Shown here: positions 6,079 to 12,577 of the stretch, piece after piece
Position numbering within the stretch: position 1 is the stretch's first letter
Layout of the letters: each line of letters opens with the position of its first letter
Source of the DNA: an uncultured Gammaproteobacteria bacterium
GTDB taxonomy: Bacteria; Patescibacteriota; Microgenomatia; Daviesbacterales; UBA10151
Length of the DNA: 12,577 nucleotides
Assembly: GCA_964522265.1 (NCBI GenBank)
Contig: CAZFVS010000026.1
Coordinates: forward strand, 1-12,577
Direction: 5' to 3'
The notes under the pieces: model-generated
Database searches by the model: none
What the model saw: only the letters and a program-made list of their open reading frames with translations
What the model was told of the DNA's origin: nothing
Translations under genes and position numbers: made by a program

Positions 6079-7442
6079 ATAATTACCAGCCAGTAATTGG
6101 ACTTGAGATCCATGTTGAGTTAAATACTAAAACCAAAATGTTTTGCAGGTGCAGCGCAGACTACTTTGGCAAAGAACCCAATTCACAGACTTGTCCTGTT
6201 TGTTTAGGGCTTCCTGGAGCACTGCCATATATCAACGAAGAGGCAATTAATAAATGCATCCAAATTGGTTTGGCATTGGGTTGTAAAATAAATGCAGTCA
6301 GCTACTTCGAGAGAAAAAATTATTTTTACCCGGATTTGCCAAAAGGTTATCAGATCTCCCAGTTAGTACTGCCGATTGCAGTAGGTGGTGAAATAGAGGT
6401 GAAAAACGACAAGGGGGTGAAAACTAAAGTAAGGATTAACAGAGCCCATCAGGAAGAAGACACCGGAAAACTATCACACCTCGGAGGTGTAACATTAATC
6501 GATTTTAATCGATCAGGAGTGCCCTTGGTGGAAATAGTGACTGAGCCTGATTTTACAGATTCTTCCCAAATAAAAGATTATGCCAAAAAACTGCAGCAAA
6601 TCTTTAGATATTTAGGAGTATCTGGGGCAGATATGGAGAAAGGTCAGATGAGACTTGAAGCAAATGTATCAGTCAGGAAGGTAGTTCCCGGCTCTCCGGA
6701 GCAGTACATTACAAATGAGGAACTGCCAGCGTATCGGGTGGAGCTGAAAAATATTAACAGTTTTAGGTTTATGGTGAATGCCGTAGAGTATGAGATTAAG
6801 AGGCAGGTTGAAGAATTAGAGCAGGGTCTGACCCTCAAACAAGAAACAAGAGGTTGGAACGCACAAAAGCAGGAAACATTTTTACAAAGGAGTAAAGAGG
6901 AAGCACAGGAATACAGGTATTTTCCGGAACCTGATCTGCCGCAGCTGCATTTAGAAGAATCAAAAATCAAGGAGTTAGAGTTAAGGATGCCTGAGTTGCC
7001 ATGGGAAAAAGAACAAAGGTTTGTTAAAGATTTTGGTATTAAAGAGGCGGATGCGAAAATCTTGATAGAGTCTGAAGGGATCGCTGATTTTTTTGAGGAA
7101 GCAGTAAAATATGGGTCAAACAAAAATGTTGCTGCTCAAAAAATTGCAAACTATATCATTAACCAAAAAGTTGATCTGGTAGATTCCTCGCTTGAGCAGG
7201 TGGTGGATGATATTACAGCCAAAGATTCTGGGGTGATAGCGGATAAGGATGTGTTAAGGGGTTTTGCAAAAGAAGTGATTAAGGAAAATCTCAAAGTTGT
7301 AAAGGATTATAAAAAGGGGAAGGAGTCAGCGCTAATGGTTTTAGTAGGAGGAATGATGAGAAAATCAGCTGGTAAAGCGAATGCTGTAAAGGCTAAAGAA
7401 ATATTAGAAAAACTTCTCAAAGGGAATACATTTCCTACTTGA
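6075..7442 (+). CDS. gatB: Asp-tRNA(Asn)/Glu-tRNA(Gln) amidotransferase subunit B
   Basis: I chose the ATG at 6075 over the tracked 6045 because it gives the conserved GatB N-terminus (MNNYQPVIGLEIHVELNTKTKMFC...) and an ATGA overlap with the gatA stop. Also CPVCLGLPGALP, RKNYFYPDLPKGYQISQ, RAHQEEDTGK, VPLVEIVTEPD and a GatB/YqeY-type C-terminal tail. Confidence 0.95.
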   Translation: MNNYQPVIGLEIHVELNTKTKMFCRCSADYFGKEPNSQTCPVCLGLPGALPYINEEAINKCIQIGLALGCKINAVSYFERKNYFYPDLPKGYQISQLVLPIAVGGEIEVKNDKGVKTKVRINRAHQEEDTGKLSHLGGVTLIDFNRSGVPLVEIVTEPDFTDSSQIKDYAKKLQQIFRYLGVSGADMEKGQMRLEANVSVRKVVPGSPEQYITNEELPAYRVELKNINSFRFMVNAVEYEIKRQVEELEQGLTLKQETRGWNAQKQETFLQRSKEEAQEYRYFPEPDLPQLHLEESKIKELELRMPELPWEKEQRFVKDFGIKEADAKILIESEGIADFFEEAVKYGSNKNVAAQKIANYIINQKVDLVDSSLEQVVDDITAKDSGVIADKDVLRGFAKEVIKENLKVVKDYKKGKESALMVLVGGMMRKSAGKANAVKAKEILEKLLKGNTFPT

Positions 7443-7469
7443 AACTCCAATTGCTTTTTTTGTTAAAAT
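7439..7469 (+). promoter_or_regulatory. Putative extended -10 promoter (T-tract plus TGTTAAAAT) for dnaE
   Basis: T7 run at 7455-7461, TGTTAAAAT at 7461-7469, and a possible weak -35 TTGAAA (7439-7444) at a long 19-nt spacing. The ATG is 12 nt after the hexamer. Confidence 0.45.
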
Positions 7470-7481
7470 GACTGAAGTTAA

Positions 7482-10400
7482 ATGAGCAAATTTGTCCATC
7501 TTCACACCCATACTGAATACTCACTTTTAGACGGGCTTTCCAAAATTCCCCAGTTGGTTAAAGCGGCAAAAGATTTAGGAATGGAGGCTTTAGCCATCAC
7601 TGATCATGGGGTGATGTATGGAGCCATAGAGTTTTATAAAGCCTGCCAGGCGGCAGGGATAAAACCCATAATAGGTTGCGAGCTTTATGTTGCCAAAAGA
7701 TCCCATAAAGATAAAGAAGGTAAGGTAGACACGGAACCTTACCATTTAACAGTTCTTACCAAAAACCTCCAAGGCTACAAAAATTTAATGAAACTTGTTT
7801 CTATATCGCACCTGGAGGGATTTTATTATAAACCAAGGGTTGATAAAAAACTGCTTGAGCAATTCCATGATGGTTTGATCTGTCTTTCAGGTTGTCCGGC
7901 TGGTGAGTTTATCAGAAGCAGTCAGGATTTAAAAAAGGCAGAAGAAACAGCCTTAAGTTATCTGCAGATTTTCGGGGAAGGAAATTATTATTTTGAACTC
8001 CAGAACCATTTTTACAGAAAACTTTTGAAAAACCCGAATTTGCAGGATATAGACAGGCAGGACTTGGAACAGATGGGCAATCTGCAGGAAATGACATGGA
8101 AAGCGGTAGGGGAGCTATCCAGAAAATTGGGCATTCCGAAAGTTGCCACCAACGACCTGCATTATATTAAGGAAGAAGATGCCGAAGCGCAGGATTGCCT
8201 GGTTTGTATCCAGACCGGAAAATTTCTGACAGATACGAACAGATTGAGAATGTTTAACACCCCAAATTTATACCTTAAATCAGCAGATGAAATGGCAGAG
8301 GCATTTGAAGATATCTCCGAAGCTTTAGAGTCTACAGTCAAAATAGCAGACAGCTGTGATCTGGAAATTTCTTTAGGAAAAGCCAGGTTCCCTATTTTCC
8401 AGGCTCCGGATGATAAAACATCTATTGACTACTTGAAGGAGCTAACTTACCAAAAAGCAGAGGAAAAATTGAAATTGACAGATACAATTAAAGAAAGACT
8501 GGATTATGAACTTGGTTTAATAGAGCTGAAAAATTATGCAGATTATTTTTTGGTGGTCAGTGATTTTATAAACTGGGCGCACGGGCGGGGAATTATCACC
8601 AACACCAGGGGATCTGCTGCGGCATCACTTGTTTTATACAGCCTGGGAGTGACAAATTTTAATCCTTTAGAATATTTTTTGCCTTTTGACAGGTTTTTAA
8701 ATAAAGATCGGCCAACCCTGCCTGATATTGATGCAGATCTGGCAGACGACAGAAGGGATGAGATTATCCAATATGTTTCGGATAAATATGGAGAAGATAA
8801 GGTAGCTCATATTGTAACTTTTGGAACCATGATGGGAAGAGCTGCCATCAGAGATATCGGCAGAGTGATGGGGGTAGCATATGGAGAAGTTGACAGGATA
8901 GCAAAACTGGTCCCGCCGCCTCACCAGGGATTCCATAAACCCTTAAAAGATGCAGTTAAAGAAGTACCGGAGCTGGCCGACCTTTATAAAAATGATCCTA
9001 AATATCGAAGATTGCTGGATTTGGCGATTAAGGTGGAAAGCACGGTTAGGCATGCTTCAGTCCATGCTGCGGGTATTGTCATTTCACCTGAGCCTTTGAC
9101 AAATTTTACCCCTCTGCAAAAAGAATCGAATGGAGATAAGGTGGTAACTCAATATGACATGTTTGCGGTTGAAGATGCAGGACTGGTTAAAATGGACTTT
9201 TTGGGAATCAGAAATTTGTCTATTTTAGGAAGAGCTGTTGAGTTTGTGGAAGCAGAAAGCGGGGTTAAAATTGATCTGGATAATATTCCGCTTGATAACC
9301 AGAGAACATACGAGCTTTTAAAAAGGGGAGAAACAATGGGGATTTTTCAGCTTTCAAGCGCCGGAATGACAAAATATTTAATTGACCTCCAGCCCAACAG
9401 TATCATGGATCTTTCAGCCATGGTGGCGCTCTACCGCCCAGGTCCTCTTGGTGCAATTCCTGACTATATTGCCAGAAAAAGAAGTCCCAAACTAGTTAAA
9501 TATTTTGATCCCAGGATGGAGGAGTATATGCATCAGTCTTTGGGGCTTTTGGTTTATCAGGATGATGTTTTAAATACCGCAGTAAGGCTGGCGGGGTATT
9601 CATGGCAGGATGCGGACAAATTCAGAAAAGCGATGGGTAAGAAGATCCCTTCGGAGATGGCTAAACAAAAAGATAAGTTTGTTGAAGGTTGTGTAAAAAA
9701 CGGGATGATTCAGTCTAAAGCAGAAGATTTATTTGAACTGATTGCCCCGTTCTCGGCCTATGGTTTTAATAAGGCTCATGCCGCATCTTATGCAATGATT
9801 GCTTACCAGACAGCCTATATGAAAGCAAATTACCCTGTTGAATTTATGGCGGCGGTTATGACTGCGGAGTATGGGGATACAGACAAGATTGCAGGAGCAA
9901 TAGATGAGTGCAGAAGAATGGAGATTGTGGTTTTGCCTCCGGATATTAATTTTTCCAAGGTAGGTTTTACCCTGGAAAAATTAAAAAGTTTATCACAGGA
10001 GGATCTGGATAGGCAGCTGACAGAAGCCGGCAAGCAGAGCAAACAAGGGATACGTTTTGGTTTATCCGCGATCAAAAATGTCGGGATTTTAGCTATTGAT
10101 TCAATACTCAAAGCCCGGGAGGGTGAACTATTCGAAAGCCTTTTTGACCTTTGCTCAAGAGTGGATACAAGGTTGGTAAACCGGAAAACCCTGGAGAGCC
10201 TAATTAAGGCTGGGGCTCTGGATTCATTCGGATCAAGAGCTGCTCAGCTTTTAGCTCTAGACCAATGTCTTGAGGAGGCCCACAAAAATGCTAAAGCTAA
10301 AATTTCAGGACAAACCTCTTTGTTTGGAAATGAGGAGCTTGGAATTGGGTCAAAAATAACCCTTCCCGAGGTGGAAGAGATGTCTGTTGATAAGCTTTTG

Positions 10401-10997
10401 GTATTTGAAAAAGAGCTTTTAGGTTTTTATCTGCATGAGCCGCCATATTTAGAAGACCTACGCAAAGCCATCTCTTTAGGAATAAGATTTTCGGATATTT
10501 CAGATGATGACATAAATCAAAAATTGACTTTGGGTGGAGTTGTTTCCGAAGTTAAGAAAGTCATTACTAAAAAATCCGCCCAGGAAATGGCTTTTGTGAG
10601 GTTGTCAGATGGGACAGGTGAGATTGAATGTGTTGTTTTCCCGACTATTTTTGCCCAAAATAAACAAATACTTGAAAAAGAGCAAGTGCTGGTTGTAAGA
10701 GGCAGGTTGGATAAACGGGATGAAGATTATGCATTAGTTGTTGAATCCCTGCAAAAATTTAACCCTGATGATGTTAGGGAGATGGAGATAGATATTCCCC
10801 CAAAAGCTGACGGGGATCTGCTCAAAGAGGTAAACCTGGTGTTAAGGCGATTTCCGGGCAGTTCCCCGATCGCCGTTTTAATTCCCAGCGGAAATGCGGT
10901 TAAAAAAATTAATTTATCTTTTACCATAAACCCCAGCACTGAACTTATCAAAAACATTGAATCAATCCTGGGTCCAAACTCAGTCCGCTTGATTTAG
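7482..10997 (+). CDS. dnaE: DNA polymerase III alpha subunit (DnaE type) with an apparently intact N-terminal PHP domain. No intein.
   Basis: 1171 aa. PHP motifs: FVHLHTHTEYSLLDG, AITDHG, GCELYV, YHLTVL, ATNDLHY. Polymerase core: GRGSAAAS, LPDIDADL, HAAGIVIS, KMDFLGIRNL, ALYRPGP, QDDV, FNKAHAASYA. Also HhH (IRFGLSAIKNVG) and an OB fold (LGGVVSEVKKV...AFVRLSDGTGEIECVVFP). Confidence 0.97.
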   Translation: MSKFVHLHTHTEYSLLDGLSKIPQLVKAAKDLGMEALAITDHGVMYGAIEFYKACQAAGIKPIIGCELYVAKRSHKDKEGKVDTEPYHLTVLTKNLQGYKNLMKLVSISHLEGFYYKPRVDKKLLEQFHDGLICLSGCPAGEFIRSSQDLKKAEETALSYLQIFGEGNYYFELQNHFYRKLLKNPNLQDIDRQDLEQMGNLQEMTWKAVGELSRKLGIPKVATNDLHYIKEEDAEAQDCLVCIQTGKFLTDTNRLRMFNTPNLYLKSADEMAEAFEDISEALESTVKIADSCDLEISLGKARFPIFQAPDDKTSIDYLKELTYQKAEEKLKLTDTIKERLDYELGLIELKNYADYFLVVSDFINWAHGRGIITNTRGSAAASLVLYSLGVTNFNPLEYFLPFDRFLNKDRPTLPDIDADLADDRRDEIIQYVSDKYGEDKVAHIVTFGTMMGRAAIRDIGRVMGVAYGEVDRIAKLVPPPHQGFHKPLKDAVKEVPELADLYKNDPKYRRLLDLAIKVESTVRHASVHAAGIVISPEPLTNFTPLQKESNGDKVVTQYDMFAVEDAGLVKMDFLGIRNLSILGRAVEFVEAESGVKIDLDNIPLDNQRTYELLKRGETMGIFQLSSAGMTKYLIDLQPNSIMDLSAMVALYRPGPLGAIPDYIARKRSPKLVKYFDPRMEEYMHQSLGLLVYQDDVLNTAVRLAGYSWQDADKFRKAMGKKIPSEMAKQKDKFVEGCVKNGMIQSKAEDLFELIAPFSAYGFNKAHAASYAMIAYQTAYMKANYPVEFMAAVMTAEYGDTDKIAGAIDECRRMEIVVLPPDINFSKVGFTLEKLKSLSQEDLDRQLTEAGKQSKQGIRFGLSAIKNVGILAIDSILKAREGELFESLFDLCSRVDTRLVNRKTLESLIKAGALDSFGSRAAQLLALDQCLEEAHKNAKAKISGQTSLFGNEELGIGSKITLPEVEEMSVDKLLVFEKELLGFYLHEPPYLEDLRKAISLGIRFSDISDDDINQKLTLGGVVSEVKKVITKKSAQEMAFVRLSDGTGEIECVVFPTIFAQNKQILEKEQVLVVRGRLDKRDEDYALVVESLQKFNPDDVREMEIDIPPKADGDLLKEVNLVLRRFPGSSPIAVLIPSGNAVKKINLSFTINPSTELIKNIESILGPNSVRLI

Positions 10998-11032
10998 GAG
11001 CACGATAAGAGTATCATATATTTTTAACAGCT

Positions 11033-11347
11033 ATGATTTTATTACAATTTAAAGATAAAAAAATTCATATTGGAGATGGTGTAAAAGTTAAAAGCACTAT
11101 TCAAGAAGGCGGCAAAACCAGGATACAGACTTTCAACGGTTTGCTTATTGCCATTTCCGGTAAAGGAGATAATCGTACCTTTAAGGTACGCCATATAGGT
11201 CCGCAGGGTATAGGTGTGGAAAGAACCTGGCCTCTGAATGCCAAATCTTTAGTGGATGTGGAGACAGTCAAACCTGCCAAAAGAGTAAGAAGATCAAAGC
11301 TGTATTATCTTAGAGAGCTGACAGGCAGAATGGCAACCAGGGTTTAA
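11033..11347 (+). CDS. rplS: 50S ribosomal protein L19
   Basis: GDGVKVKSTIQEGGKTRIQTFNGLLIAISGKGDNRTFKVRHIGPQGIGVERTWPLNAKSL...VRRSKLYYLRELTG matches the L19 pattern. The N-terminus is shorter than in the model-organism L19 sequences I remember. An in-frame TAA at 11006-11008 limits upstream extension. Confidence 0.9.
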   Translation: MILLQFKDKKIHIGDGVKVKSTIQEGGKTRIQTFNGLLIAISGKGDNRTFKVRHIGPQGIGVERTWPLNAKSLVDVETVKPAKRVRRSKLYYLRELTGRMATRV

Positions 11348-11359
11348 GTTTAATTTTCA

Positions 11360-11980
11360 ATGGTAATCCCCACACTAAAGTTAGAGCAATCCCTTTGGGA
11401 AAAAGGATATAAGTTTGTTTGCGGGATGGATGAGGTTGGGAGGGGATGCTTTGCGGGACCGGTAGTGGTTGGAGCTATAATTTTTCCCAGGGATTTTTCT
11501 TCTATTGCCGGTGTTGCAGATTCAAAACTGCTTAAACCCAAGCAGAGAGAAAGATTGGATAAAACTATTAAAAAGAATGCCATATCCTGGTCAATTGGGG
11601 AAGTTTCTGTTTCAGTAATTAATAAAATAGGTATCGGTAAGGCAACCCAGATGGCCTTCAGGAAGGCGCTCAGGATATTACCGATGCAAGCGGATTTTGT
11701 CCTGATAGATGCATTTTACATAAACCATCTAAACCGCAAAAAACAGGCAGCAGTCAAAAATGGGGATACAATCTGTACGTCAATTGCTGCAGCCTCAATT
11801 ATAGCCAAGGTTTACCGTGATAAGTTGATGAGGAAGTGGCATAAAAAATATCCACAATACGGTTTTTCCAGGCATAAAGGTTATGGGACTAAGATTCATC
11901 AGGAAGCGATAAAAAAACATGGGTTATCAAAAATACACAGAAAATCCTTTAATCTAACCAGGTTTATGGTTTCATCGTAG
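11360..11980 (+). CDS. rnhB: Ribonuclease HII
   Basis: GMDEVGRGCFAGPVVVGAII (the DEVGRG catalytic motif), DSKLL, ASIIAKVYRDKLM, YPQYGFSRHKGYGTKIH, HRKSF. It starts 12 nt downstream of the rplS stop. Confidence 0.93.
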   Translation: MVIPTLKLEQSLWEKGYKFVCGMDEVGRGCFAGPVVVGAIIFPRDFSSIAGVADSKLLKPKQRERLDKTIKKNAISWSIGEVSVSVINKIGIGKATQMAFRKALRILPMQADFVLIDAFYINHLNRKKQAAVKNGDTICTSIAAASIIAKVYRDKLMRKWHKKYPQYGFSRHKGYGTKIHQEAIKKHGLSKIHRKSFNLTRFMVSS

Positions 11981-11995
11981 GTTAGGGTTATATTT

Positions 11996-12361
11996 ATGTC
12001 ATTTTTTACCAAACAGACTGGTAATACAGGCGAGGATTTAGCCTGTGAGTATCTTAGAAAAGCAGGATATAAGATTCTAAAGAGAAATTTTTTTATCAGA
12101 GGGGGAGAGATAGATGTTATTGCCAGGGATAAAGAGGTTTTGGTTTTTGTTGAAGTTAAGACCAGATATGATCACAGCCATGGTTTACCGCAGGAATCCA
12201 TCACACCCTGGAAAATTAGGGCTTTGAAAAAAAGTGCACTTTTTTATATACAAAAAGTTAATTGGGGCAATGGCCCGTACCGGTTTGATTTGGTTGGAAT
12301 AGACTTTTCAGATTCAAAGGAACATCCTAAAATTGAGCTGATTAAAAATATTATCAACTGA
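11996..12361 (+). CDS. yraN: YraN/UPF0102 family predicted endonuclease
   Basis: Typical size (121 aa) and motifs: GNTGEDLACEYLRKAGYKILKRNF, GGEIDVIARDKEVLVFVEVKTR, FDLVGI. The rnhB-yraN adjacency is a common conserved neighbourhood. Confidence 0.85.
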   Translation: MSFFTKQTGNTGEDLACEYLRKAGYKILKRNFFIRGGEIDVIARDKEVLVFVEVKTRYDHSHGLPQESITPWKIRALKKSALFYIQKVNWGNGPYRFDLVGIDFSDSKEHPKIELIKNIIN

Positions 12362-12370
12362 TTGCACTAA

Positions 12371-12400
12371 TTGGAATTTGGCTCAGTTTTTTGTTAAAAT
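12371..12400 (+). promoter_or_regulatory. Putative extended -10 promoter (T-tract plus TGTTAAAAT) for tRNA-Glu
   Basis: TTGGAA (12371-12376), an 18-nt spacer, T6 run at 12387-12392, TGTTAAAAT at 12392-12400. The mature tRNA 5' end is 11 nt after the hexamer. It shares the 14-mer TTTTTTGTTAAAAT with the dnaE upstream region. Confidence 0.5.
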
Positions 12401-12411
12401 CTTAAGGTGTC

Positions 12412-12485
12412 GCCGCGTTCGTCTAGTGGCCTAGGACATTGGGCTTTCATCCCGAAAATCACGGGTTCGACTCCCGTACGCGGTA
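12412..12485 (+). tRNA. tRNA-Glu (anticodon UUC), no encoded CCA
   Basis: Hand-folded cloverleaf. Acceptor GCCGCGT / ACGCGGT with discriminator A. D arm GTC-TAGTGGCCTAG-GAC, closely resembling E. coli tRNA-Glu (GTC-TAGAGGCCCAG-GAC). Anticodon stem TTGGG/CCCGA with loop CTTTCAT (anticodon TTC at 12446-12448). T arm ACGGG-TTCGACT-CCCGT. Followed by CTG, not CCA. Confidence 0.9.
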
Positions 12486-12577
12486 CTGATATTCCCGCTG
12501 GGGTTGCAAATTTTTTGATGTATTTTGGGCTGACATTACCCCAGTTTGTATTTAAATAGCTAAAATTGTATTCTTTT

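Noticed and set aside
6644-7123. 159-aa ORF on the minus strand inside gatB
   Set aside because: It is a shadow ORF antisense to a K/E-rich stretch of a confidently identified gene. The product is Ser/Phe/Cys-rich low-complexity sequence, with no start context or promoter.
8020-8100. Extra ~18 aa in DnaE between the ELQ and ATND motifs (KLLKNPNLQDIDRQDLEQMGNLQE), with a TGCAGGA direct repeat
   Set aside because: This region is length-variable among the DnaE proteins I remember. Only a 7-nt repeat is present, with no hairpin, so it looks like ordinary loop variation.
10995-11032. AGGAG at 10996-11000 as an SD for a longer rplS, and a possible L19 leader RNA
   Set aside because: The AGGAG overlaps the dnaE TAG stop and is more than 30 nt from the ATG. 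An in-frame TAA at 11006-11008 blocks extension, and the 35-nt gap is too short for a structured leader.
12486-12577. Possible terminator or structured element after the tRNA (CTGGGGT ... ACCCCAG arms, TTGCAA palindrome, T6 run)
   Set aside because: The 7-bp arms are separated by a loop of about 33 nt, and the stem next to the T-run is only about 3 bp (CCC/GGG). That is not a convincing intrinsic terminator. The region runs off the window edge.
1-12577. Search for a CRISPR array, IS/transposase, integrase, phage genes, toxin-antitoxin or known defence genes, TGA recoding, or inteins
   Set aside because: None found. There are no spaced direct repeats and no recombinase-like ORFs. TGA terminates several conserved genes at their expected ends, and dnaE is of uninterrupted normal length.

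Overview
Every supportable gene lies on the + strand in a compact, AT-rich bacterial housekeeping block. The standard genetic code applies, since TGA, TAA and TAG all act as stops. Gene order: 5'-truncated PolX (pol-beta-like core plus PHP domain), LemA, two small acidic orphan ORFs, HtpX (M48 protease), a 211-aa orphan ORF, gatC-gatA-gatB, dnaE, rplS, rnhB, a YraN/UPF0102-family gene and tRNA-Glu(UUC). Intergenic gaps are tiny, with ATGA/TAATG start-stop overlaps, few Shine-Dalgarno sequences, and short lineage-specific inserts in conserved enzymes. This style suggests a streamlined genome, possibly CPR/Patescibacteria-like, but that is inference only. I see no CRISPR array, transposase, integrase, phage gene or recognisable defence gene, and I cannot honestly name a new multi-gene system here. 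Things worth a second look: (1) GC-rich palindromic or inverted-repeat segments inserted in-frame into gatA and polX, and a longer in-frame insert in dnaE; (2) two heptanucleotide microsatellites, one inside polX and one at the lemA/orphan junction; (3) three unrecognisable ORFs wrapped around the lemA-htpX pair, one with its own near-consensus promoter inside the htpX 3' end; (4) a recurring '-10 hexamer, 6 nt, ATG' layout that predicts leaderless mRNAs, plus a shared T-tract/TGTTAAAAT promoter motif upstream of dnaE and the tRNA.
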